Of a stretch of DNA of 64,000 bases, positions 19,564 to 28,549 are shown piece after piece. Location of the stretch: positions 32,001 through 96,000 of the IMG/VR virus record IMGVR_UViG_3300025162_000024; one strand, given 5' to 3'. Under the pieces are notes generated by a model, which worked only from the letters and a program-made list of their open reading frames with translations, ran no database searches and was not told the origin of the DNA. Positions within the stretch are counted from its first letter, which is position 1. Every line of letters starts with the position of its first letter. A program made the translations under genes and the position numbers. Source of the stretch: a virus.

Positions 19564-19597
19564 GACCTAAGACCTACTCCCTAGGTCATATGACCTA
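19564..19597. promoter_or_regulatory. Putative operator array (four GACCTA half-sites including a 16-bp palindrome)
   Basis: GACCTA at 19564 and 19571; perfect palindrome TAGGTCATATGACCTA at 19582-19597, adjacent to the SD of the four-repeat gene. Confidence 0.6.
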
Positions 19598-19640
19598 CGG
19601 ATAGCTGGCCCCAGTGAAATTCACCGGGTGGCCGCGATCG

Positions 19641-20048
19641 TCAGACAGTGGCTAGGTTAAGGACGTGATCAATGAATGACTGGGCTACCTCGCGGGTCGA
19701 ATAGAGATCGTTCTGATCCACCTTACGCCAGGCACCACTCTCCAGGAACTCTACCTCCATCACCCAGCTAACAGCTCCCTGGGGCAGGATCCCCTGGACC
19801 TTTACGGCCAGGACCTCACGCTCATCCCCGAACCAGTATAGGATACGCCCCGGATAGATTGGCTGGCCGTCCCCGGTACTAGGCAGGCAGTAGACCAGCT
19901 CGTCACGTTCTCTGACAGCCTGTACAAGCCAGGTTAGTGCCGGCCGTACCTGTGGCCACTCTGATAACTTGCCAGGAAGCGTTTCCGGACTTCCAAAATG
20001 GCCTGAAATGATCATCTCAACGATCTCTATCGGTGTCAGATTTGGCAT
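19641..20048 (-). CDS. Modular hypothetical protein (EMIISGHFGSP module + DGQPIY module)
   Basis: N-terminus shared with 26142..26504; C-terminus shared with 20036..20593. Confidence 0.7.
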   Translation of the reverse strand: MPNLTPIEIVEMIISGHFGSPETLPGKLSEWPQVRPALTWLVQAVRERDELVYCLPSTGDGQPIYPGRILYWFGDEREVLAVKVQGILPQGAVSWVMEVEFLESGAWRKVDQNDLYSTREVAQSFIDHVLNLATV

Positions 20049-20593
20049 AATCGGTCCTCTCTCGCCTTGTCAGCTGCAGCCTGGGCCAGCCCACGGGTGG
20101 AATAGAGATCCTTGGCATATCGATCACTGCTGGAACCTGTGCTCGGTCCCTCCAAGATATCCACGATCACCGTCCACTCCCGGCTCCAGTCACTGTAAGA
20201 GTAGTGAGCTACTCGCCCCTCTCGGGGGTCACTGTACCCGAAGTAGCAGTACAGCTTACGCCCTCGGTAGATGGGCTGCCCGTCCGCAGTCTTCGGCAGG
20301 CTCTCTCGAATCTTTACGAGCTCTTCGACGGCCGGCTCCAGCAGTTCCTCGGCATCGACCCCGACCAGAGAGCAGAGGGTCATGCACAGCCCCTCACGGG
20401 TCTCCAGGTGCTGGTGTAGGACTTCACAGTCTCTGGTCAATATCTTCAGCAACTCAAAGGTATGGCTGAGAACGGCACTCACCATTACCAGGCCTCCACC
20501 GAGGTCAATTGAGGTCTCGTCCACAACCTGCCTGGCCTTTCTCTCCACTTTGTCCACAGCCTCTTCAACATCCTTCAGCGTAAATGCCATCAC
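20036..20593 (-). CDS. Modular hypothetical protein (DGQPIY module)
   Basis: LPKTADGQPIYRGRKLY...DLYSTR; AGGAG SD. Confidence 0.7.
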   Translation of the reverse strand: MMAFTLKDVEEAVDKVERKARQVVDETSIDLGGGLVMVSAVLSHTFELLKILTRDCEVLHQHLETREGLCMTLCSLVGVDAEELLEPAVEELVKIRESLPKTADGQPIYRGRKLYCYFGYSDPREGRVAHYSYSDWSREWTVIVDILEGPSTGSSSDRYAKDLYSTRGLAQAAADKAREDRLCQI

Positions 20594-20688
20594 GTCTCCT
20601 TATCTGTCGACAAACACATGGGTTACCTCAGGGTAGCTCGAGCCATCCTGGGTGACGACCGTCCCCAGATACCGCATGTAACAGCCGC

Positions 20689-21543
20689 CTACTTTCTAGG
20701 GTTTCTCATGATCAACACTTCGGGCCCCACCTCATTCGTCGACTTCCGCCCCACCAGGTGCTTCCATACCCAGCGGCTCTCTGGGTACAGCTCCCGGATG
20801 AGTGGGATATCGTAGAAGCGTATCACTATCCTGGCCTGCTTGAACCCGTCCAATGCCGTAGCCAGCTGCTTATGCTGGTCCAGGGTGAACTTGTGCTTGT
20901 AGAGCTCCCCAGGCCCCGGAAACGGAGGGTCCATGTACAACCCGTTGGCCGGGATATCCGAGCAGTTCCCAATGAACTGAATGGCGTCCATGCACAGGAA
21001 GTTGCACTTCCTGAGCCACTTACGGGCCTCTACGATCGAGCGAACGGCGCTCCAGTAGTGCTTTGCACTGTCCCCACCACTCGATGACCACCTGAAGCTG
21101 ATCCCGCCCGAGAACTCATTGAACGTCCCGGCCCGGCCATGACGGCCCATCCAGCTGCAGACAAAGTATCGTTCGGCCCAATCAAGGTCCGCCAATGGCC
21201 GAGCCTCATTCTCCTGCTCCAGTCGGGCACAGTACGCCTGGGCCTCCAGAAGCTCCTGCTCGTGGTAAATCTTCCGCCTAAGACGGCGGTAGAGCTCTGG
21301 GCCCTTCACCGAGTCGGCCATCACCCGGGCTAGGTTCATCAGATGGCTGTGCAGATCATTGACCAGGATGGATCTAGCTGTCATATAGGGGATCTCGGAC
21401 ATCGACCCGGCGAACGGGACCCCCACCCAGTTGCAGCCCTCGAGCTCATGGCCGACCACATGAGCCAACATTCTGTTGCTTCCGAACCAGCTCGCAATAG
21501 CCGTGACCGCCGCGGGTTCTGTGATTATGTTCCTAGCCGCCAT
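20689..21543 (-). CDS. DNA adenine methyltransferase (Dam-like)
   Basis: WFGSN, PFAGS, NDL motifs and catalytic DPPF. Confidence 0.8.
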   Translation of the reverse strand: MAARNIITEPAAVTAIASWFGSNRMLAHVVGHELEGCNWVGVPFAGSMSEIPYMTARSILVNDLHSHLMNLARVMADSVKGPELYRRLRRKIYHEQELLEAQAYCARLEQENEARPLADLDWAERYFVCSWMGRHGRAGTFNEFSGGISFRWSSSGGDSAKHYWSAVRSIVEARKWLRKCNFLCMDAIQFIGNCSDIPANGLYMDPPFPGPGELYKHKFTLDQHKQLATALDGFKQARIVIRFYDIPLIRELYPESRWVWKHLVGRKSTNEVGPEVLIMRNPRK

Positions 21544-21555
21544 CTGTCTCCGTTC

Positions 21556-21798
21556 TTACTTACAAATAGAGGGATAGGAAGTCTTGTGCTGCTGGGATTG
21601 ATAGTTGACTATGGAGTACGGAAGACTCCCCCGAGAAGCAAACACCACTTCCCATCCCTCTGTCCAAGCCCCATACTCCACGTCCTTAAGCCTCACCATT
21701 TTACCTACAGTGGCGATGTCTGTCGGAATCCAACTCACCATTACCTGACATCCGCCCGCAACCTCACGGCGGAGTTCACACTGCGAATACATACCCAT
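21556..21798 (-). CDS. Hypothetical protein
   Basis: 80 aa; AGGAG SD. Confidence 0.6.
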   Translation of the reverse strand: MGMYSQCELRREVAGGCQVMVSWIPTDIATVGKMVRLKDVEYGAWTEGWEVVFASRGSLPYSIVNYQSQQHKTSYPSICK

Positions 21799-21805
21799 CT
21801 GTCTC

Positions 21806-22042
21806 CTAGTCCCCAGACTTAACTGGACGAATGACGACCGTGGCCCCAGGCTGCGGTACTACGAGTGCACTTGGCCCAAACGGAAGCAGTCTGCCATCCG
21901 TAAGCCTGACGCCCCCTGGACGCTCGTAGGACGAGGTTACCGACTGCTTGATGTACAGCACATCGTGAAACGAGAAGACGTCTCCTCCGCAGAGGGTCGC
22001 GAACTCTACGGTTACCTCCCTACTTTCCATGTCTATTTTCAA
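21806..22042 (-). CDS. Hypothetical protein
   Basis: 78 aa; AGGAG SD. Confidence 0.6.
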   Translation of the reverse strand: MKIDMESREVTVEFATLCGGDVFSFHDVLYIKQSVTSSYERPGGVRLTDGRLLPFGPSALVVPQPGATVVIRPVKSGD

Positions 22043-22051
22043 GGCGTTCTC

Positions 22052-22246
22052 CTATCTGTACTCGGTACTACTCTGATCAGGCTCCAACACTACTCGAGTC
22101 CCCAGGTCCTGAACTGCTTGCAGGTCTGACCAGATGTCGTCATCCCACGAGGTAGTCTCACTCCCACCCTCTCGGGTCCCAGCCATCTTGACTTGGGCAT
22201 CACCCGGCATCCGCTGCAACTCTGCGATCAGCTCAGATACGATCAT
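22052..22246 (-). CDS. Hypothetical protein (MxVxELIxxL type)
   Basis: MIVSELIAELQRMPGDAQV, a common small phage protein start. Confidence 0.65.
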   Translation of the reverse strand: MIVSELIAELQRMPGDAQVKMAGTREGGSETTSWDDDIWSDLQAVQDLGTRVVLEPDQSSTEYR

Positions 22247-22659
22247 GTTCCCTCGAATTTCTTCTTTAACCGAGCGTACTTCGCCCGCTCCTCTGCCTCT
22301 TCCCGACTCTTTTTCACGGCTCTTGCCTTGAGCTCAGAGGCAAACTTGGAAGTGATCCGCAACTTGGCCTCTGCCTCCCAATCCGGACTGTACAGCCACC
22401 GGATAGGTAATTGCAGCTCATGGTACTCGTGCCCTCCATACGTCCAGAACTCGTCCCCCGAATAACAGATATACTCAGTCGAAAAGTCAGAGAAACTCAA
22501 GTACTTCTCGGGGGTTAGGCTGATGGAGAAGTCATCTTCCTGCTCGTATCCGGGCACCGTCTCCCGCTCAAGCTGACAATAGCGTCTCAGGAGCCCCACT
22601 GCGTCTACCTGGAGCTGATCGTCCAGCTCTTTCCAGGTGTCGAACTTAGCTTTGTCCAT
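22243..22659 (-). CDS. Hypothetical protein
   Basis: 138 aa; AAGGAG SD; ERAKYARLKKKFE C-terminus. Confidence 0.7.
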   Translation of the reverse strand: MDKAKFDTWKELDDQLQVDAVGLLRRYCQLERETVPGYEQEDDFSISLTPEKYLSFSDFSTEYICYSGDEFWTYGGHEYHELQLPIRWLYSPDWEAEAKLRITSKFASELKARAVKKSREEAEERAKYARLKKKFEGT

Positions 22660-22992
22660 TGGTCTCCTTCTTAGCCGACATAGACCTCCATGGGTGTCAC
22701 CCTCTCCACATACTCAGCGGTCAAGCTACTCACGCACCTTTTTTCTCGCGACCGCAAAGCCTTAACCAGGCGTTTCCTGCACCTCTTTGACGCCGGGCTC
22801 GGAAACTTGTAGTCGGTGATCTCGTAGTCCTTCATCCCGATCTTCCGCACTTTGTCGAGCATCACTGTGTCCTTTCCTGCCAAAGGCTCTCGCCCAGTTC
22901 TGGGCCAACACCTCGTCCGATACCTGCTGACGCCTGCGTTTGTCTCCCTTACCGTTCTGCATAGAAGGACATATCCTATCACTTTACGCAGA

Positions 22993-23445
22993 CTAAGGCT
23001 TGGGCAACCTGGCCAATGCCTCTTCGACCGTCTCGAACTCATTACCAGGAACAATCTTCAGTGCCCCGCATCCCATGCAGTTCACGACCTCTGCAGACGT
23101 GTGGGGAGTCTCGTAGACTATCGTAATCTGGTCACAGCACTCAGCACAGACCAGCTTGAGAGGCATGTACTTGTACGTCCAGATGGGTGCCGGCCGCTCG
23201 TCGGTCACCTCGAGGTACTCTATCTCCCGGATGATAGTGCACCTGTCTGGTGTTTTCGACCAGACCTCGTATATAAGCGTAGGAAGCCACTCCCCATTCG
23301 GGCCGGCCTGGGCATGCTCATACCAGGATCGGCCCATATGCGTCCACCATGTCTTCCGAATCAGCCGGGTAGGCCCCTGCATCCGGATAGAGACAGCCCC
23401 TGTCGGATTCTTCTTCAACGTGTTCAGATCGATCAATACCTTCAT
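22993..23445 (-). CDS. Hypothetical Zn-ribbon protein
   Basis: CAEC and CMGC pairs. Confidence 0.65.
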   Translation of the reverse strand: MKVLIDLNTLKKNPTGAVSIRMQGPTRLIRKTWWTHMGRSWYEHAQAGPNGEWLPTLIYEVWSKTPDRCTIIREIEYLEVTDERPAPIWTYKYMPLKLVCAECCDQITIVYETPHTSAEVVNCMGCGALKIVPGNEFETVEEALARLPKP

Positions 23446-23648
23446 ACCGATGCTCCTTCCAGCTTTATAGGGAATCCTGGTCTATTCCAGACCTCGGGCC
23501 ACTGCTCCCTGGCCATATGCAACAGTTCCCCGCCCGACAGGGTAGCACGAGCCAAGAACACTGAGTTGCACCCCGGCCTAGTATCTCCCCCACTCCGATC
23601 CCAGAAGGCGACTGCGGTCCACCCGTCCTTCTGGGCCCCTTCTTGCAC
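23442..23648 (-). CDS. Hypothetical protein (GWT..FWDRS type), possibly 5'-truncated
   Basis: GWTAVAFWDRSGGDTRPGCNSVF; overlaps the tail of the upstream ORF. Confidence 0.5.
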   Translation of the reverse strand: MQEGAQKDGWTAVAFWDRSGGDTRPGCNSVFLARATLSGGELLHMAREQWPEVWNRPGFPIKLEGASV

Positions 23649-24148
23649 TTACATCCGCCACCGCAACCTGGGGCCTTGGCATCGACCTCTTCGTACAGCT
23701 TGTTCAAGAGTTTGACCCGCTGGGCGGTTGTCAGGCTGTTGCATATCTCATGCATCATCCAACGGGCCTCTTCCGCCTCGGCCTCGTCCGGATCGTATAC
23801 CAGCGTGCCTGGGGGTACCTCCTCGATGACCCCCACCTCAAACTCCTCCTTGGCCTCCTCCGTAACCTCTCTCAGAAGCTGGTCCAGCTCATCCTCATCC
23901 TCTCGCTTGGCCTGCTCCCGCCGCCTGTTTTCCCTCTCCAAAGACACGGGCATCCCCAGGACGGCACAGTAGGCAAAGGTGAGCATGGCCGATCCGAGCA
24001 ATGCCGGGATCCACCATGGGTCGCAGAACATGGCTAGGACAAAGCAGGCTACGGCCTCCAGGGCCACGCAGATCGAGGCTGCCACTAGCTTCGCCCGCAG
24101 AATGTGAAACGATCTACGCAGATACTGCTCTCGCTCGTTACTGGTCAT
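23465..24148 (-). CDS. Hypothetical membrane protein with acidic domain
   Basis: Two TM helices then an acidic stretch; GAGGAG SD; 3' end uncertain. Confidence 0.55.
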   Translation of the reverse strand: MTSNEREQYLRRSFHILRAKLVAASICVALEAVACFVLAMFCDPWWIPALLGSAMLTFAYCAVLGMPVSLERENRRREQAKREDEDELDQLLREVTEEAKEEFEVGVIEEVPPGTLVYDPDEAEAEEARWMMHEICNSLTTAQRVKLLNKLYEEVDAKAPGCGGGCKCKKGPRRTGGPQSPSGIGVGEILGRGATQCSWLVLPCRAGNCCIWPGSSGPRSGIDQDSL

Positions 24149-24157
24149 GGTCGCTCC

Positions 24158-24418
24158 TCATCTGAAGTTACACTTGGGGCACGGGCAGCGGATCATGTGG
24201 ACACACATGGACCCGTCCGACTTTATGCCCGTACCACAGCACTCCGGGCACCCATCATGCAGACATGGCTGCCAATCACCATCGAGATGATCCCTGATCC
24301 GCTCGATATGCCGCCGCTGCCGTTCACGAAGGTCTCGATCATACTCTTCCCGATCCACTCGCTTGAAACCATCGAACCACCGTCCGGTGGTCGTCGAAGC
24401 CCAGGTTAATCCTGACAT
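24158..24418 (-). CDS. Cys-rich Zn-finger protein
   Basis: CLHDGCPECCGTG...CVHMIRCPCPKC. Confidence 0.65.
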   Translation of the reverse strand: MSGLTWASTTTGRWFDGFKRVDREEYDRDLRERQRRHIERIRDHLDGDWQPCLHDGCPECCGTGIKSDGSMCVHMIRCPCPKCNFR

Positions 24419-24425
24419 AGGCAAT

Positions 24426-25409
24426 CTACTTCCTGCCATCCGATAGGATAGCGTTTCCACACGTGATTCGGCTGGAGTCCTCTTCCCGACTGGCGATAAA
24501 CACCAGAACATCAAACCCCGCTGATTTCAGCCTGCTCTCCATATCCTGGTAAGGGTGGTACGTCGGGTAATCCCCAGCCGTCTGGATCCCGGCCTGGGTG
24601 GCCGCGGTCGTCTTGTGCATGGGGGTCAGCTTGCAAATGAAGTACGCAGGGCTGAACATGGAGGCCAGCTTCTGGGCGTCCACGGTATACTCGGCAACCG
24701 CAAAGTTCAGGGTGATCTTCCGGCCGCGGGGGACGCCACTCTCCTGCATGACCCTCAACATCATCTCACTGGACTCAGCCAGGGGCATGGCATTCCCCTT
24801 GAACATGGCGGAACGCTCTCCCTCATCAGTCGAATTGATGCTCAGCTGGAGTCCGGCTTCGCCCAAGAACTGCTCATTCTTCAGCCTCATCCACTGACTC
24901 AGGAAATGCCGCAGGTACACGTTTCGCACAGGGAGCATAGTGCTGACCACGGGGTGGATCGTCTCGAACCCTAATCCTAGGCCAGCCCGCAGCTTAGTGG
25001 CGTGCTCGATGACCGTCTGGTTCCAGGTTGGCTCACCCATCCGGGCATAGTGGATATTGAGCCGGCGGCCGGAGCGGACCGTAGGGTGCAGGCTCATGGC
25101 CGTCGAGATCTGCCCGTTCAGATCGGCTAGCGTAGCATTACGGCCCGGGCCAACCTTTGGCACATCCCAGAACGAGCAGCCCATGGAGCACCCGTATTGA
25201 GTGCTTATGGTGATAACCCACTTCTCTTCCAGGGGGAGCATTGGCTGGTGTCGGACCTGATCTGGCTCCCGGAAGAGGCCCATAGCATCGCACTTGAGGT
25301 TGACCTGCTTGCCATAGTCGCCCAGGGATAGACATTCGAGCAGGCCCCGATCCCCCTGCACGATCAGGATGTGGCCGGTCGGGACCTCAATCACTTGCTT
25401 TATGTGCAT
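24426..25409 (-). CDS. Radical SAM protein, RlmN/Cfr-like, with CxxxCxxW variant
   Basis: ISTQYGCSMGCSFW, MGEP, LQLSINS and C-terminal TCG. Confidence 0.8.
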   Translation of the reverse strand: MHIKQVIEVPTGHILIVQGDRGLLECLSLGDYGKQVNLKCDAMGLFREPDQVRHQPMLPLEEKWVITISTQYGCSMGCSFWDVPKVGPGRNATLADLNGQISTAMSLHPTVRSGRRLNIHYARMGEPTWNQTVIEHATKLRAGLGLGFETIHPVVSTMLPVRNVYLRHFLSQWMRLKNEQFLGEAGLQLSINSTDEGERSAMFKGNAMPLAESSEMMLRVMQESGVPRGRKITLNFAVAEYTVDAQKLASMFSPAYFICKLTPMHKTTAATQAGIQTAGDYPTYHPYQDMESRLKSAGFDVLVFIASREEDSSRITCGNAILSDGRK

Positions 25410-25855
25410 GGGATTTCTCCGTTTCCTTCCAAAAGGGTATTGCCATTCCTATAGAGCATGGTCACCCCGTACCCATACTTACGTTGAACATCGTAGAAAC
25501 CAGGAGGGCACGTCCTGTAGGCCTGGGCCGGGATATTCTCGACCTGGGCTGCGGCGTAACCTGTGCTGCACCCGATAACCGTGCAGTTCAAGTGGCCTGC
25601 TATCCCCCAGCCGCGGATGGCCCCTCCAGCTTTGAGGACCAGCCCATGCCCCTTGGGCCGATCTATGCCGATCCCAATCAGGTTATCCCTGACCCAGACG
25701 GTGGCCTTGGCCGGGACGGTAAACGTGTACCCATTGCTCAACAGACTGCGGACAACCATCCGTCGGGGGCATACCATGTCCCGGTCCAAGATCAGGTCTG
25801 GAGCCGCCCACCGATGGGTCCAGAAGTAGACAAGATCCACAATACGCTTGAACAT
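25400..25855 (-). CDS. Hypothetical protein
   Basis: 151 aa; AAGGAG SD. Confidence 0.6.
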   Translation of the reverse strand: MFKRIVDLVYFWTHRWAAPDLILDRDMVCPRRMVVRSLLSNGYTFTVPAKATVWVRDNLIGIGIDRPKGHGLVLKAGGAIRGWGIAGHLNCTVIGCSTGYAAAQVENIPAQAYRTCPPGFYDVQRKYGYGVTMLYRNGNTLLEGNGEIPCT

Positions 25856-25870
25856 GCAGGCTCCTTCAGG

Positions 25871-26140
25871 TCATTTGACCCGCTTAAGCTTACCTTTGAC
25901 CAGGGTGTACGGCTGACCCCGGACCTCTACGCACTCTGGAACCACGATGAACAAGGCTGTGTACGGCCCGTTCTCCTTGTCCTCCAGCCCCTTCTTCAGC
26001 TCCTCCTCCATATACTTCCGGGCCTGATGCTCCTGCCCGAAGTAATCGCTGTTGATGCACTTGCCGTCCTTGTCGTGTATGTGGTACCCGTATTCTTCTC
26101 GGCCCACGCTGATCGTGACTGTTCGGTTGATCTTGCCCAT
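25871..26140 (-). CDS. Hypothetical protein
   Basis: 89 aa; AGGAG SD. Confidence 0.65.
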   Translation of the reverse strand: MGKINRTVTISVGREEYGYHIHDKDGKCINSDYFGQEHQARKYMEEELKKGLEDKENGPYTALFIVVPECVEVRGQPYTLVKGKLKRVK

Positions 26141-26141
26141 A

Positions 26142-26504
26142 TCACTCCTGGTCTGGCATGTCCTGTACTGCCCGCCTGGCTATCCCCTGCAGGTAATGCG
26201 GGTCCTCTGCCAATCTGACGGCCATCGCCCCATCTAGCTGCTCGCCAGCCTTCAGAGATTCACGCATATGCCGGATCGGGTCCGCAATGGACCGTACAGC
26301 TGCCTCAGCCGTCTGGAGCCTGGCTAGTATCCGGCTGAATGCCGGACGTACCTGAGGCCACTCGTTTAACTTGAACGGGAGCGTCTCTGGACTTCCGAAA
26401 TGCCCTGAAATGATCATCTCGAGGATCTCGACGTCACCGATCTTGAACACTCTCTTACCGTTGTTCATCGCCCACTCTTTCTCTTGAACTCTACTGAGAT
26501 CCAC
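26142..26504 (-). CDS. Modular hypothetical protein (EMIISGHFGSP module)
   Basis: Shares EMIISGHFGSPETLPxKLxEWPQVRPA with 19641..20048; true start may be MNNGK. Confidence 0.7.
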   Translation of the reverse strand: MDLSRVQEKEWAMNNGKRVFKIGDVEILEMIISGHFGSPETLPFKLNEWPQVRPAFSRILARLQTAEAAVRSIADPIRHMRESLKAGEQLDGAMAVRLAEDPHYLQGIARRAVQDMPDQE

Positions 26505-26863
26505 CGGTTGTTCGCGAACTGGCCGGGCATCGCCCTGTCGTACACGTCAGTCACCTGCTTGAACCTGGGCTTATACCGCTGGAGGAAGAAGTCCTGGCCC
26601 AGGTCTACGTACCGCCCAGCCCGCTCGTCCCACTCAGGGTGGGTCAGCAGCCGGTTCAGGACCCCGCAATGGCCGCATACAAACTGGCACTCACCGGGGT
26701 GCCAGGTATCTCCCCCAGTACATCCGTGGGGACCCTCATACCAATGCGTTTGGATCAACTCGGTATTGGCTATCAGTTGCCGGCGTTCACAGCTGACACA
26801 GGTGATGGACTTACTCAGAAGTTTGGTCGACATGAATACCTTCCTGTCCGGCAGCACTGGCAC
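26465..26863 (-). CDS. Hypothetical Zn-binding protein
   Basis: CVSC, PHGCTGGD and CGHC; true start probably MSTK. Confidence 0.65.
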   Translation of the reverse strand: MPVLPDRKVFMSTKLLSKSITCVSCERRQLIANTELIQTHWYEGPHGCTGGDTWHPGECQFVCGHCGVLNRLLTHPEWDERAGRYVDLGQDFFLQRYKPRFKQVTDVYDRAMPGQFANNRWISVEFKRKSGR

Positions 26864-27303
26864 TGGAAGTCAGCGGCTGGCGGAGGGGTCCACACCACTG
26901 GCTTACCCATATTGGGCTGGATCCCGGCGATAGTCGCAGGCTTCTCTGGGAGTTCCATGGGAATGTTCTTCCTCCAATGGGTCACCTCAATGAACTCATC
27001 ATCATTGCGATCGAGCCAGCCCCAGTCCTCGGAGGCCCATCTAGCCTCTCCCAGAAACTCGAAGCGTCCGCAGCCCTCGACCCCGATCAGAACATACTCG
27101 CCCTCAGCCGGGAGCCGGTCTCGCACGGATATCCACCGCTGTGAAGCTCTGAACTCCTGAAGCTCGCGAAACGCATCTAGTCGGATACGGCTCTCAGCCA
27201 CTTCCTCTTCGGTATCCTGGCAGCCCGGGTGAGCCCCGTAGTTCTCAACCGTCCACTCGTCGTCAGCTATCAGACTCATCAGCACTCTGTCAGATATGCT
27301 CAT
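26815..27303 (-). CDS. DUF551-domain protein
   Basis: WISVRDRLP...VTHW signature. Confidence 0.75.
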   Translation of the reverse strand: MSISDRVLMSLIADDEWTVENYGAHPGCQDTEEEVAESRIRLDAFRELQEFRASQRWISVRDRLPAEGEYVLIGVEGCGRFEFLGEARWASEDWGWLDRNDDEFIEVTHWRKNIPMELPEKPATIAGIQPNMGKPVVWTPPPAADFQCQCCRTGRYSCRPNF

Positions 27304-27512
27304 TATTCGTCATTTCTCCGGTGCTCTCCGCACCAATCCGAGGCCTCAACTTCTGGGCGTACGTACTCTACGTCACGGAAATCTCCATCAGGAAAGGTCA
27401 TAATATGCACAGTTGGAGGATACCGCATACAATCTCCAGGCGACTCATCCGTGTGTGGAGGACCATCGTAAGCCCTCCAAAACCTGCAGCTTTCACAGAG
27501 GTCCATAACCAA
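27303..27512 (-). CDS. Small Cys-rich protein
   Basis: CESCRFW..GDCMRYPP..P.V...DWCGEH. Confidence 0.7.
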   Translation of the reverse strand: MVMDLCESCRFWRAYDGPPHTDESPGDCMRYPPTVHIMTFPDGDFRDVEYVRPEVEASDWCGEHRRNDE

Positions 27513-27771
27513 CTTCCTTTCGTTGTGTCAAGCAAGATACTCCGCCGCGCTCGAACTCACGGCAGACCTCTGGCCTGTGCTCGTACTCGGCACACCGCCC
27601 ATCCCCATTCAGCCAGATGCACCGGGCCAGGTCGTCGTAGTCATCTGAGGTCAGGTAGTCGTCTATCTGCTGTACGAGGTTGGCGGGCAGCCCAGCCAGC
27701 TCGTAGGGCATGAACGGAGGACTACTCTGGTTCCAGCAGCACACTCCGCAGTCCAATGGGCACTGGATCAT
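27493..27771 (-). CDS. YkgJ-family (CxxCxxCC) cysteine-cluster protein
   Basis: CPLDCGVCC...CIWL..GRCAEYEHRPEVCR. Confidence 0.8.
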   Translation of the reverse strand: MIQCPLDCGVCCWNQSSPPFMPYELAGLPANLVQQIDDYLTSDDYDDLARCIWLNGDGRCAEYEHRPEVCREFERGGVSCLTQRKEVGYGPL

Positions 27772-27854
27772 CGACAGCCCCGTATGATGGCGACGACCAC
27801 GCCCACCACGACCAGCAGGACCATGCCCCAGACACCTGCAAGCTCTAGTGACAT
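27768..27854 (-). CDS. Single-TM micropeptide (28 aa)
   Basis: Hand translation MSLELAGVWGMVLLVVVGVVVAIIRGCR; ATGA overlap with the next gene. Confidence 0.55.
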   Translation of the reverse strand: MSLELAGVWGMVLLVVVGVVVAIIRGCR

Positions 27855-27855
27855 C

Positions 27856-28161
27856 TCAGTCTCCTGTGTTGAAGAAACGCCAGTACTTATGCTTAAGGCT
27901 GGCGATGTGATCGCACATCTTCAGCCATTCGCCACGGGCCCCCTGAGGAGTGGACCCGGCCGCCTCGTAGCACATCTGGCAGATCAAAGGATTCCCATCG
28001 CAGCCGGGCATATCATTGGTGTAAATTCCGCCAAACGACATTCCTTCGCGTATCCGGTCTCCACAGAACCCGCAACGGAAGCGGGCCTTATCCCCGGACC
28101 AGGCCGCATTCACATCCCGCTCCGTGGCCTTCCGGAACTCGATGATCCAATAGTGGCTCAT
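27856..28161 (-). CDS. Zn-finger hypothetical protein
   Basis: CGFC and CQMC. Confidence 0.65.
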   Translation of the reverse strand: MSHYWIIEFRKATERDVNAAWSGDKARFRCGFCGDRIREGMSFGGIYTNDMPGCDGNPLICQMCYEAAGSTPQGARGEWLKMCDHIASLKHKYWRFFNTGD

Positions 28162-28549
28162 CTAATCACCCCACCGGTCTCTGGGCCCGCCGCACACGAA
28201 GATGGCTGTTCCGACGATGACCGCGGATACCAGCAGAGCACCCAGGGTAAGTCCGGCCAACTGACATAGGCTAACGCTTGCTATCAGCATCTTTCTCCTT
28301 TTTCTGGCCAAAGAGCTCTTCAGCCATCTTGGCCAGCCGCTTGGCCTTCTTCTGACTCGTTTTCCCCTTGAACCGAGGAGTACGCTGCACTGGGGTCTCG
28401 AATGGCTTGTCCGGCCTCCAGTTGGCATTGGCTAAAGCCACTTGACTCCCTTCCCGCACAGACGGCACCTATGATTATCTCCGGACCAGCGGAACTCACT
28501 GTTCTTGGTCGGGCGGTACCAGTGCAGCCCCAAGTCGCAGAACATGAGC

